Both the position numbers and the translations under genes were made by a program. Positions 38,799-48,214 of a stretch of DNA of 64,000 bases are shown piece after piece. The DNA is from Ensifer sp. (GTDB lineage: Bacteria; Pseudomonadota; Alphaproteobacteria; Rhizobiales; Rhizobiaceae). Every line of letters starts with the position of its first letter. Within the stretch, counting starts at the first letter, position 1. The DNA lies in contig NZ_DASYGZ010000100.1 of NCBI RefSeq assembly GCF_035999135.1, positions 4,883-68,882 of the forward strand, written 5' to 3'. The notes beneath the pieces are model-generated. The model worked only from the letters and a program-made list of their open reading frames with translations. It ran no database searches and was not told the origin of the DNA.

Positions 38799-40439
38799 AT
38801 GATGCACAAGCTCAACGGACGTCTTCGTCTTCTGACCGCTTCGGCGGCGCTTGCCATGGTGATGGCAGCGACAGCGCCGGCTTTTGCCGAGACGCCGAAG
38901 GACACGCTGGTCGAAGCTTTCGCGATCGATGACGTCATCACCATGGATCCGGGCGAAGCTTTCGAACTGACCGCTGCCGAAATCACCGGCAACACCTACA
39001 GCCTGCTGGTGCGCCTCGACATCAACGACACCTCCAAGGTCGTCGGCGATCTCGCCGACAGCTGGACCGTGTCCGACGATGGCCTGACCTATACCTTCAA
39101 GCTGAAGTCCGGTCTGAAGTTTGCGTCCGGCAATCCGGTGACCGCTGAAGACGTTGCCTGGTCGTTCGAGCGCGCCGTGAAGCTCGACAAGAGCCCGGCC
39201 TTCATCCTTACCCAGTTCGGCCTCACGGGCGACAACGTGACGGAGAAGGCCAAGGCTGCGGACGAGCAGACCTTCGTCTTCACCGTCGACCAGCCCTATG
39301 CGCCGAGCTTCGTCCTGAACTGCCTGACGGCAACCGTTGCCGCCGTGCTCGACAAGAAGCTCGTGCTCGAAAACGTCAAGCCGGTCACGCCGACCGACGA
39401 CTACAAGTACGACAACGACTTCGGCAACGAATGGCTGAAGACCGGCTATGCCGGTTCCGGTCCGTTCAAGCTGCGCGAATGGCGCGCCAACGAAGTCATC
39501 GTGCTTGAGCGCAACGACAACTATTATGGCGAACAGGCCAAGCTTGCTCGCGTCATCTATCGCCACATGAAGGAAAGCTCGGGCCAGCGCCTGGCGCTTG
39601 AAGCCGGCGATATCGACGTTGCCCGCAACCTCGAGCCGGGCGATCTCGATGCCGTCTCGAAGAACGCGGATCTTGGCGCCACCAGCGCGCCCAAGGGCAC
39701 GGTCTATTACATCAGCCTCAACCAGAAGAACGCGAACCTCGCAAAGCCGGAAGTGCGCGAAGCCTTCAAGTACCTGGTCGACTACGATGCGCTCGGCTCG
39801 ACGATCATCAAGGGCATCGGCGAGATCCACCAGAGCTTCCTGCCGAAGGGCGTGCTCGGCGCACTCGACGAGAACCCCTACAAGCTCGACGTCGCCAAGG
39901 CGAAGGAACTCTTGGCCAAGGCCGGCCTTGCCGACGGTTTCACCGTCACCATGGACGTGCGCAACGGCCAGCCGGTTACCGGCATTGCCGAATCCTTCCA
40001 GCAGACGCTCGGCCAGGCCGGCGTGAAGCTCGAAATCATCCCGGGCGACGGCAAGCAGACGCTGACGAAGTACCGTGCGCGTAACCACGACATGTATATC
40101 GGCCAGTGGGGCATGGATTACTTCGATCCGAACTCCAACGCCGAGACCTTCACCAGCAACCCTGACAATTCCGACGAAGGCAAGAACAAGACGCTTGCCT
40201 GGCGCAATGCCTGGGACGTTCCGGAGCTGACGAAGAAGACCAAGGAAGCCCTGCTCGAGCGCGACAGCGCCAAGCGTGCCGAAACCTACAAGGAACTGCA
40301 GAAGACGGTGCTTGGCGAAAGCCCGTTCGTCATCATCTTCCAGCAGACCGAAGTCGCCGGCTACCGCGGCAACGTCAAGGGCCTGAAGCTCGGTCCGAGC
40401 TTCGACACCAACTTCGTCGCCGGCATCACCAAAGAATAA
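38799..40439 (+). CDS. Peptide ABC substrate-binding protein (family 5)
   Basis: Signal peptide, LADSWTVSDDGLTYTFKL, GSGPFKL. Confidence 0.92.
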   Translation: MMHKLNGRLRLLTASAALAMVMAATAPAFAETPKDTLVEAFAIDDVITMDPGEAFELTAAEITGNTYSLLVRLDINDTSKVVGDLADSWTVSDDGLTYTFKLKSGLKFASGNPVTAEDVAWSFERAVKLDKSPAFILTQFGLTGDNVTEKAKAADEQTFVFTVDQPYAPSFVLNCLTATVAAVLDKKLVLENVKPVTPTDDYKYDNDFGNEWLKTGYAGSGPFKLREWRANEVIVLERNDNYYGEQAKLARVIYRHMKESSGQRLALEAGDIDVARNLEPGDLDAVSKNADLGATSAPKGTVYYISLNQKNANLAKPEVREAFKYLVDYDALGSTIIKGIGEIHQSFLPKGVLGALDENPYKLDVAKAKELLAKAGLADGFTVTMDVRNGQPVTGIAESFQQTLGQAGVKLEIIPGDGKQTLTKYRARNHDMYIGQWGMDYFDPNSNAETFTSNPDNSDEGKNKTLAWRNAWDVPELTKKTKEALLERDSAKRAETYKELQKTVLGESPFVIIFQQTEVAGYRGNVKGLKLGPSFDTNFVAGITKE

Positions 40440-40475
40440 GCCGTCTCGAAGGAATAAACCGAAAGGAACGTTCCC

Positions 40476-41543
40476 TTGAGCATGAGCGGAACAGGGACCG
40501 TGGACGGGCGCAAACGCGCCCGTCCCGGCAAGATCGTGGCGGCAGTGCTGCGTTTTCTCGTGGTCGTGCTGACGACCTATCTCGGCCTTCTGGCCGTCAC
40601 CTTCTTTATCGGCCGGGTGATCCCGATCGATCCGGTTCTCGCCGTCCTCGGCGACCGGGCGCCGTCGCATGTCGTCGAAAGGACGCGCGAGGCGATGGGG
40701 CTGAACCTGCCCCTCTACCAGCAGTTTTTCATCTATGTCCGCCAGGCGCTCACGGGTGATTTCGGCGTATCGGTGCTAACGACCAATCCGGTCATGACCG
40801 ACATCCGCCGCGTCTTCCCGGCGACGATGGAGCTTGCAACGCTCGGAACCCTGATCGGCGCCATCTTCGGCGTGCCGCTCGGCGTGCTCGCCGCCGTCAA
40901 GCGTGGCAGTCTTGCCGACCAGATCGTGCGCGTCATCGGGCTTGTGGGCTATTCCGTGCCGATCTTCTGGCTGGCGCTGCTGTCGCTGCTCGTCTTTTAC
41001 GCGCGGCTGAAGTGGGTCGCCTATCCCGGCCGCATCGACATCGTCTTCGAATATACGTTCACGCCGATCACCGGCTTCTATCTGTTCGACGCGCTCTGGC
41101 AGCGGCAATGGGACGTGCTGTGGGACGTGTTCCGCCACATCATCCTGCCGGCCTCGCTGCTCGGCTATTTCTCGCTTGCCTATATCAGCCGCATGACCCG
41201 CAGCTTCATGCTCAACGAGCTGCAGCAGGAATACATCGTCGCAGCCCGCGCCAAGGGTCTGTCGGAGACGCGGATCATCTGGGGGCATGCGCTCCGAAAC
41301 GCCGCCGTGCCGCTCGTAACGGTGATTGCGCTTTCCTATGCCGGCCTGCTCGAAGGCTCGGTGCTGACGGAGACGGTTTTTGCCTGGCCAGGCCTTGGCC
41401 TCTACATCACCAATTCGCTGCAGAATGCCGACATGAACGCCGTTCTCGGTGGCACCATCGTCATCGGTTCGGTCTTCATCGGTATCAACCTTCTGTCCGA
41501 CCTTCTCTACCGGACGCTCGACCCGAGGACGCGCCAGCGATGA
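40476..41543 (+). CDS. Peptide ABC permease (DppB-like)
   Basis: ARAKGLSE EAA loop, ETVFAWPGLG. Confidence 0.9.
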   Translation: MSMSGTGTVDGRKRARPGKIVAAVLRFLVVVLTTYLGLLAVTFFIGRVIPIDPVLAVLGDRAPSHVVERTREAMGLNLPLYQQFFIYVRQALTGDFGVSVLTTNPVMTDIRRVFPATMELATLGTLIGAIFGVPLGVLAAVKRGSLADQIVRVIGLVGYSVPIFWLALLSLLVFYARLKWVAYPGRIDIVFEYTFTPITGFYLFDALWQRQWDVLWDVFRHIILPASLLGYFSLAYISRMTRSFMLNELQQEYIVAARAKGLSETRIIWGHALRNAAVPLVTVIALSYAGLLEGSVLTETVFAWPGLGLYITNSLQNADMNAVLGGTIVIGSVFIGINLLSDLLYRTLDPRTRQR

Positions 41544-42472
41544 GTACCGTTACCCAGACACGTCCGATGACGCGGCGCGAATGGCTTCTGTCCGATCGTC
41601 CGCAGTCGCGAACCCAGGCTCGCCTTGGCCGCGCCTACATGACCTGGCAGCGCTTTGCCGCCAACAAGCTCGCCGTTCTCGGTCTGTTGATCCTGTTGGC
41701 GCTGGTCTTCGTCGCAGCCTTTGCCGATGTCCTGGCGCCGCATTCGCCCTATATCGGCGATCTCGCCAATGCGCGGCTGATGCCGCCAGGAAGCCCCGGA
41801 TACCTGCTCGGCACCGACGATCTCGGCCGCGACATTCTCTCGCGGCTGATCCATGGTTCGCGACTGACGCTCGCCGTCGTCCTTTTGGTCGCCATCATTG
41901 CCGCACCGGTCGGTCTGATCGTCGGGGCTGTCGCCGGTTATGCCGGCGGCTGGGTCGATGCCGTGCTGATGCGGATCACCGACATCTTCCTTGCCTTCCC
42001 GAAGCTGGTTTTGGCGCTTGCCTTCGTCGCTGCCCTCGGCCCGGGCATCGAGAACGCCGTTATCGCCATCGCGATCACCTCCTGGCCGCCCTATGCGCGC
42101 ATCGCCCGCGCAGAAACGCTGACGGTGCGCAATTCCGACTACATTGCCGCTGTGCAGCTCATGGGCGCGTCGCCGACCCGCATCGTCTTCCGCCACGTCA
42201 TGCCGATGTGCATGTCGTCGCTGATCGTGCGCGTCACGCTCGACATGGCCGGCATTATCCTGACCGCCGCGGGCTTGGGCTTCCTCGGCCTTGGCGCGCA
42301 GCCGCCGCTGCCGGAATGGGGCGCGATGATCGCATCGGGTCGCCGCTTCATCCTCGACCAGTGGTGGGTGGCGACCATGCCCGGTATCGCGATCCTGATC
42401 GTGAGCCTCGGCTTCAACCTGCTTGGCGACGGCCTGCGCGATGCGCTGGATCCGCGGGAGAGCGGCCAATGA
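41540..42472 (+). CDS. Peptide ABC permease (DppC-like)
   Basis: LLGTDDLGRD, LGFLGLGAQPP.PEWG. Confidence 0.9.
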   Translation: MSTVTQTRPMTRREWLLSDRPQSRTQARLGRAYMTWQRFAANKLAVLGLLILLALVFVAAFADVLAPHSPYIGDLANARLMPPGSPGYLLGTDDLGRDILSRLIHGSRLTLAVVLLVAIIAAPVGLIVGAVAGYAGGWVDAVLMRITDIFLAFPKLVLALAFVAALGPGIENAVIAIAITSWPPYARIARAETLTVRNSDYIAAVQLMGASPTRIVFRHVMPMCMSSLIVRVTLDMAGIILTAAGLGFLGLGAQPPLPEWGAMIASGRRFILDQWWVATMPGIAILIVSLGFNLLGDGLRDALDPRESGQ

Positions 42473-43302
42473 GTGCGCTTCTGACGGTTGAAGACCTCAA
42501 GGTCTCGTTCCCGACCCGCACCGGCCTCGTCGAGGCCGTGCGCGGTGTCTCCTTCACGCTCGGCCGCGAACGCCTCGGCATCGTCGGCGAGAGCGGTTCC
42601 GGCAAGTCGCAGACCGGCCGGGCGATCATGGGGCTGACGCCTTCGCACGCCGAGGTCACGGCAAAGCAACTGTCCTTCGACGGCATCGACCTGCTTTCCG
42701 CCACGCCAAAGGTGCGCCGAGACCTCCGGGGCAAGCGCATCGCGATGATCCTGCAGGATCCGAAGTATTCGCTGAACCCAGTCATGAGCATCGGCAAGCA
42801 GATCGTCGAGACGCTCAGGCAGCATGAGAGCGTCAGCCGCAGCGAAGCCCGGGAGAGGGCGCTCGACATGCTCGCGGCTGTCCAAATCCGTGACCCGAAG
42901 CGCGTCTACGATCTCTATCCGCACGAGGTATCGGGCGGCATGGGCCAACGAGCGATGATCGCGATGATGCTGGTTGCCGGCCCGGAGCTCTTGATTGCCG
43001 ACGAGCCGACCTCGGCGCTCGACGTCACGGTGCAGCTCGAGGTGCTTGGCATTCTCGACAAGCTGGTTGCCGAGCGCGGCATGGGCCTGATCTTCGTGTC
43101 GCACGATCTTCGCCTGGTGTCGTCCTTCTGCGATCGGGTCATCGTCATGTACGCAGGCCGGATCGTCGAGGAACTGGCGGCTTCGGAACTTGCCAATGCC
43201 AAGCATCCCTATACGCAGGGGCTTCTGAACTGCATGCCGGCGATCGGCTCCGATCGCCATCCCCTGCCGGTCCTCGACCGCAAGCCGGAGTGGGCCCAAT
43301 GA
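42469..43302 (+). CDS. Peptide ABC ATPase (DppD-like)
   Basis: GESGSGKS, SGGMGQR, ADEPT, HPYT. Confidence 0.9.
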   Translation: MSALLTVEDLKVSFPTRTGLVEAVRGVSFTLGRERLGIVGESGSGKSQTGRAIMGLTPSHAEVTAKQLSFDGIDLLSATPKVRRDLRGKRIAMILQDPKYSLNPVMSIGKQIVETLRQHESVSRSEARERALDMLAAVQIRDPKRVYDLYPHEVSGGMGQRAMIAMMLVAGPELLIADEPTSALDVTVQLEVLGILDKLVAERGMGLIFVSHDLRLVSSFCDRVIVMYAGRIVEELAASELANAKHPYTQGLLNCMPAIGSDRHPLPVLDRKPEWAQ

Positions 43303-44066
43303 CATCAGCCGTTTCCGTTTCAAACGTCGTCGTTACCTATGACGAGTTCAAGGCGCTGGACGACGTCAGCGTCGAGATTGCGCCGGGCGAATCCTTCGGC
43401 CTCGTCGGCGAATCCGGGTCGGGCAAGTCGACCCTGCTGCGCGCGGTCGCCGGTCTTGCGCCGGTGACATCAGGTGCCATCCGCGTGCACGATCGGGTGC
43501 TCAAGGGCGCCAAGCGCGACAAGGCCTTCTACCGCGCGGTGCAGATGGTCTTTCAGGACCCCTACGGTTCGCTGCACCCGCGCCAGACGATCGACCGGCA
43601 GCTGCTGGAACCGCTCGCGATCCATGGCGTGGCGGATGGCGAACGCCGTATCCTGAGGGCGCTCGACGAGGTCGGTCTTGGCTCCGGGTTCCGCTTCCGC
43701 TACCCGCACCAGCTTTCAGGCGGCCAGCGGCAGCGCATCGCCATTGCCCGGGCGCTCATTCTCGAACCCTCGATCCTGCTGCTTGACGAGCCGACGTCGG
43801 CCCTCGATGCCTCGGTCCAGGCCGAGGTCTTGAACCTGCTTGAGCAGGTGCGGCGCGACCGCAAGCTGACCTTCCTCATGGTCAGCCACGATCTCGGCGT
43901 CGTTACCCATATGTGCGACCGGCTGGCGGTGATGCAGGGCGGGCGCGTCGTCGAACGGCTGTCTTCGGCAGATCTCGTCGCAGGGCGGATCGGTGAGGAT
44001 TATACCCGCAGCCTGATGGTGGCGAGCAAGGGCTTCCAGCGCAAGGAGGCAGCGCCAGCCGCCTGA
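43299..44066 (+). CDS. Peptide ABC ATPase (DppF-like)
   Basis: [21 protein letters not shown]. Confidence 0.9.
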   Translation: MTSAVSVSNVVVTYDEFKALDDVSVEIAPGESFGLVGESGSGKSTLLRAVAGLAPVTSGAIRVHDRVLKGAKRDKAFYRAVQMVFQDPYGSLHPRQTIDRQLLEPLAIHGVADGERRILRALDEVGLGSGFRFRYPHQLSGGQRQRIAIARALILEPSILLLDEPTSALDASVQAEVLNLLEQVRRDRKLTFLMVSHDLGVVTHMCDRLAVMQGGRVVERLSSADLVAGRIGEDYTRSLMVASKGFQRKEAAPAA

Positions 44067-44073
44067 CGGAAGC

Positions 44074-44096
44074 ATGAGCGGGGCGCTCCCGCTCAT
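44074..44096. terminator. Hairpin at left boundary of the sugar cluster
   Basis: ATGAGCGGG-GCGCT-CCCGCTCAT between convergent genes. Confidence 0.6.
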
Positions 44097-44135
44097 TCGT
44101 CACCTGCCAGTCGCGCCTTGCCGCGTGTCTCCCGG

Positions 44136-44873
44136 TCAGGCGCTTGCGCGCCAGACCGAGGTGGAATTGGTGATGACCTTCTCGATGCGGCGCTGCTCGC
44201 GCCACTCCCGCCCCATATCCTTGATCACGGGACTTGCCTCGGGTGAGAAGATGTAGTTTCGGCGGTTGGCGACATAGGCTTCCATTGCCGGGTTGACGCC
44301 CGAGTAGAACTGCTTCTCCGGATCGCGTGAAAGGTCCATCAGCCCGGCGCAATGCCGCGCAAAGTCTCCCCTGAGGAGGGACGGTGAGGTGGTGAACTTC
44401 GGGAAGGTGCGAAACAGCGGGATCTTGATCCCGAACAGATGGGTGTATTCGTTGCGCCGGTGGAAGTGGCCCTTGCGACGGATGTTCCAGTTCTGGTCCG
44501 CCGTGTGGAACGACACCTGCGCGATCCTGTCGTCGGAAAATGGCGCAAGCAGCTCGCGGCCCATGTTCTTCAGCGACGTCCAGTCATCCTCGAGATGGAA
44601 TATGTAGTCGGCGCTCGATGCGGACCACAGTCTTGCGACTGCTGCGCAGAAGCCGGGGCTTTCCGGCTGGAAAATCGTGCCATCGGGGAAATGTTTGCGG
44701 AAGATTTCCACGCAGGCGCGATGGTCGTCCTCCGTCCCGAACACGGGGTCGAGATTGAGATAGGCGCCGCGCAGGTCGAGTTTATGGAAAATCTTCTCCG
44801 CGAAGCTCTCGAGCGTCTGGGCAAACAGATCCGGGCGCCGCGTCGCGACAATGCATAGGTCAATAGTGGACAT
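44136..44873 (-). CDS. GT-A fold (GT2-like) glycosyltransferase, atypical
   Basis: LCIVATRRPD start, FHLEDDW acidic motif; strong AAGGAGG SD. Confidence 0.7.
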   Translation of the reverse strand: MSTIDLCIVATRRPDLFAQTLESFAEKIFHKLDLRGAYLNLDPVFGTEDDHRACVEIFRKHFPDGTIFQPESPGFCAAVARLWSASSADYIFHLEDDWTSLKNMGRELLAPFSDDRIAQVSFHTADQNWNIRRKGHFHRRNEYTHLFGIKIPLFRTFPKFTTSPSLLRGDFARHCAGLMDLSRDPEKQFYSGVNPAMEAYVANRRNYIFSPEASPVIKDMGREWREQRRIEKVITNSTSVWRASA

Positions 44874-45044
44874 AGCACCTCCTTAAGGTGTGCTTTTTTC
44901 AACCGTCAAGACCCACGCGTGCTTCAATCTCCCTTCAATCGTGCCGAATTTACGGCAAAGTGGCCGAAGATGACAAAAATGGTCGATTTTTGATGCCCAA
45001 CCGAGAAAACCGGGCTGGGCGTCCACAGTTTATGACATTGAAAA

Positions 45045-46277
45045 TCAGAAGACTTTGAGCTCGGGAATGGCGACGACGAAGCGGCCGCCCCAGTCGCGGA
45101 TCGCGGAATTATCGGCGACGATCTCGGCCTTGAGGTTCCACGGCAGGATGACCAGATAGTCCGGCCTTGCATCTTCGATGAGGGTCGGCGCGTGCACCGG
45201 AATATGGGTGCCGGGAAGAAGCTTGCCTTGCTTGAGGTCGTTCCGGTCGACTGCAAAGGCGATCTCGCTCGGCGACAGGCCACAGACGTTGAGGAAGGTG
45301 TTGCCCTTTGCGGCGGCGCCATAGGCTGCGACCGTCTTTCCTTCGGCCTTTGCGTTGGCCAGGAAGTCCTGGAAGCTTTTGCAGACCGCGGCGATGCGGT
45401 CGTCGAAGGCCTGGTAGGTCTCCATCCGCATCAGCCCCGCGAGCGCTTCGGTTGCTCGGATCCTGTCGAGTTCAAGCGTGGTCGCGCGGGTGCCGGATCT
45501 GAGCTGGGCGAAGACGCGCAGCGAACCGCCATGCGTGGGCAGTTCCTCGACGTCGAAGACCTTGAGCCCGGAGCTTTCGAAGATGCGTTCGACGGCGGCC
45601 AGCGACAGATAGGAATAGTGCTCGTGGTAGATCGTGTCGAACTGCACTTCTTCCATCAGGCGCAGGAGATGCGGGAACTCGAACGTCGCCACGCCATCGG
45701 GCTTCAGGAGAATGGCAAAACCTTCCACGAAATCGGCGATGTCGGGCACGTGGGCAAGCACGTTGTTGGCGGCCGTCAGATCGGCGCGGATGCCGCGCTC
45801 GACGAGGTCCGTGGCGGTCTTGCGGCCGAAGAAGGCAACTTCCGTCGGGACCTTGCGCTCTTCGGCAAGGCGCGCCGCATTGGCGGCGGGCTCGACACCC
45901 AGCACCGGAATGCCTTTCTCGACGAAGTACTGCAGCAGGTAACCGTCATTCGAGGCGACCTCCACGACTTGCGCGTTTTCATCGAGCCCAAAGCGTTCCG
46001 ACATCGTCTCGGCGTAGCGGCGGGCGTGCGCAAGCCAGCTCGACGAGAAAGAGGACAGGTAGGCGTATCCGTCGGTGAAGATCTCGTCGGCCGGCACGGT
46101 CTCTGTCGTCTGCACCAGCAGGCACTCCGAGCAGACCATCGCCTTCAATGGAAACGAACGTTCGCGGGCGATGGCTTCCTGCGTCGGCTCAAGGAACGAG
46201 TTTGACCACGGGGTCGAGCCCAGGTCGGCAACGACGGTCGAAAGCGGGGTCGAGCAGAAACGGCAATTGTGGGACAT
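45045..46277 (-). CDS. NDP-sugar C-methyltransferase-like protein
   Basis: CRFC...CSEC Zn knuckle, EVASNDG, ANNVLAHVPD, YHEH, YGAAAKG C-terminal domain. Confidence 0.88.
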   Translation of the reverse strand: MSHNCRFCSTPLSTVVADLGSTPWSNSFLEPTQEAIARERSFPLKAMVCSECLLVQTTETVPADEIFTDGYAYLSSFSSSWLAHARRYAETMSERFGLDENAQVVEVASNDGYLLQYFVEKGIPVLGVEPAANAARLAEERKVPTEVAFFGRKTATDLVERGIRADLTAANNVLAHVPDIADFVEGFAILLKPDGVATFEFPHLLRLMEEVQFDTIYHEHYSYLSLAAVERIFESSGLKVFDVEELPTHGGSLRVFAQLRSGTRATTLELDRIRATEALAGLMRMETYQAFDDRIAAVCKSFQDFLANAKAEGKTVAAYGAAAKGNTFLNVCGLSPSEIAFAVDRNDLKQGKLLPGTHIPVHAPTLIEDARPDYLVILPWNLKAEIVADNSAIRDWGGRFVVAIPELKVF

Positions 46278-46285
46278 CGAAGTCG

Positions 46286-47353
46286 TTAGCCTCTCATGAA
46301 TGCATCGATTTGGCTGAGTGTCAGGTCACGGGCGTCGCCACCCCGGCGCCAGCCGTCGTACCAGCGGGCGGTCCAGTCGATCGCCTCGTGCTGCGAGAGG
46401 CGTGCGGCCCAGGAGAGGGTGCGTCCCGCGAGCGCCGGGTCGAGGCCCAGCGTCTTCATCTCGCGCGGTTGATCCTCGGACGAGGTGTCGCGCCATTCGG
46501 CGGGCAGTCCCATCGCCGTCTGGATCGCGGCGGCCACGTCGCGCACCGGGATCTGGGGCTCACTCGGGGAGGGGCCGAAGTTCAAGGCGCCGACATCGGT
46601 TTCGCCGGCGTGAAGCGCTTCGGCAAAAACGAGATAGCCGTTGAGGCAGTCAAGCACGTGCTGCCACGGCCGGGTCGCCATCGGGCTGCGGATATCGAGG
46701 GTCGAGCCCGATTGCGCGGCACGGACGATATCGGGCACCAGTCGGTCGACCGAGAAATCGCCGCCGCCGAGCACGTTGCCGCCGCGAGCGGTCGCCAGCC
46801 GGACGCCGCGTTCGCGCAGGAAGGAATCCCGCCAGGTCGACACCACCAGTTCGCAAGCGGCCTTCGAGCCGGAATAGGGGTCGTGGCCGCCGAGCACCGC
46901 GTCCTCAGGAAAATGCCGACCGCTTTCGTCATTGCGATAGACCTTGTCGGTGGTCACGACGACGACGGTCTTCAGCGCCGCGCACGCACGGGCAGCGTCC
47001 AGCAGGCGCACGGTTCCCATGACGTTGACGTCGAAGGTGTCGGCCGGCCTGCGATAGCTTTCGCGCACCAGCGGCTGGGCCGCCATGTGGAGAAAGATCT
47101 CCGGCTCACAGTCACGGATCGCCGCGGCCAGAGCGTCCCCGTCCCTGATGTCGCCAAGGTGGTCGCCGGCGTTGTGCCCGGGTCCGAGCAGGCCATGGAG
47201 GGACGGCTCGGCCGCGGGCGGCAGCGCATATCCCGTCACGCTCGCGCCCATCTGGCGCAGCCAGAGCTGTGCCCAGCTGCCCTTGAAACCGGTGTGGCCG
47301 GTCAAGAAAACCCGCTTGCCGGCCCAGAAGGACGGGGTCGCACGTCGGGTCAT
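46286..47353 (-). CDS. rfbG: CDP-glucose 4,6-dehydratase
   Basis: TGHTGFKGSW, HMAAQPLVR, TTDKVY, YSGSK, RPWQHVLD. Confidence 0.93.
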   Translation of the reverse strand: MTRRATPSFWAGKRVFLTGHTGFKGSWAQLWLRQMGASVTGYALPPAAEPSLHGLLGPGHNAGDHLGDIRDGDALAAAIRDCEPEIFLHMAAQPLVRESYRRPADTFDVNVMGTVRLLDAARACAALKTVVVVTTDKVYRNDESGRHFPEDAVLGGHDPYSGSKAACELVVSTWRDSFLRERGVRLATARGGNVLGGGDFSVDRLVPDIVRAAQSGSTLDIRSPMATRPWQHVLDCLNGYLVFAEALHAGETDVGALNFGPSPSEPQIPVRDVAAAIQTAMGLPAEWRDTSSEDQPREMKTLGLDPALAGRTLSWAARLSQHEAIDWTARWYDGWRRGGDARDLTLSQIDAFMRG

Positions 47354-48117
47354 GCCCAGACTTTCCAGGGGGCGGTACCACTTTGCCAGAGGTCTTCAAG
47401 CTGGTTCTTGTCGCGCAGCGTGTCCATCGGCCGCCAGAAACCGCCATGCTCGAAGGCCATCAACTGGCCTTCCGCCGCCAATCCCTCCAAGGGCTCCGCC
47501 TCGAACGGTGTGTGGTCACCCTCGATCCGATCGAGCACCGATCGGTTGAGAACGAAGAAGCCGCCGTTGATGTGGCCGTTGTCGCCGGCCGGCTTCTCGA
47601 TGAAGCTGCGCACCCGCCCGTCGCTGACGGCAAGCGCACCGTAGCGGCCCGGCGGGATGACGCTGGTAACGGTCGCCTGGCGGCCATGGTGGCGGTGGAA
47701 GTCGGTCAGCGCCTTGATATCGATGTCGGCGACGCCGTCGCCGTAGGTCAGGCAGAACGTATCGCCGAGATGGTCGGCGACACGCTTCAGGCGCCCACCG
47801 GTCATGCTGTCGGTTCCGGTGTCGACCAGCGTCACGCGCCACGGCTCGGCCTTGTTCGAGTGAAACAGGGTTTCGCCCGTCGCCATGCAATAGGTGACGT
47901 CGGAAGAGTGCAGCACGTAGTTGGCAAAGTATTCCTTGATCATGTAGCCCCGGTAGCCGAGGCAGATCACGAAATCCGAAAAGCCATAGTGGCTGTAGAT
48001 CTTCATGATGTGCCACAGGATCGGCCGCCCGCCGATTTCGATCATCGGCTTTGGCCGGAGATGGCTCTCCTCCGAGATGCGCGTGCCGTAACCACCCGCG
48101 AGAATGACGATTTTCAT
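47350..48117 (-). CDS. rfbF: Glucose-1-phosphate cytidylyltransferase
   Basis: ILAGGYGTRISEE, RPKPM, TYGDG, FWRPMDTLRD. Confidence 0.95.
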   Translation of the reverse strand: MKIVILAGGYGTRISEESHLRPKPMIEIGGRPILWHIMKIYSHYGFSDFVICLGYRGYMIKEYFANYVLHSSDVTYCMATGETLFHSNKAEPWRVTLVDTGTDSMTGGRLKRVADHLGDTFCLTYGDGVADIDIKALTDFHRHHGRQATVTSVIPPGRYGALAVSDGRVRSFIEKPAGDNGHINGGFFVLNRSVLDRIEGDHTPFEAEPLEGLAAEGQLMAFEHGGFWRPMDTLRDKNQLEDLWQSGTAPWKVWA

Positions 48118-48214
48118 GCGACCGCCCCGTATTTGCGCCGACCCATACCCGGCGCATTTCAAAGTCCTAATATCCTGGTGACCTTGCGCGGAGGTGGTCT
48201 CCGTGCTGGGGCCT

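Noticed and set aside
38754-40670. 638-aa minus-strand ORF
   Set aside because: Antisense shadow of the peptide-binding protein gene
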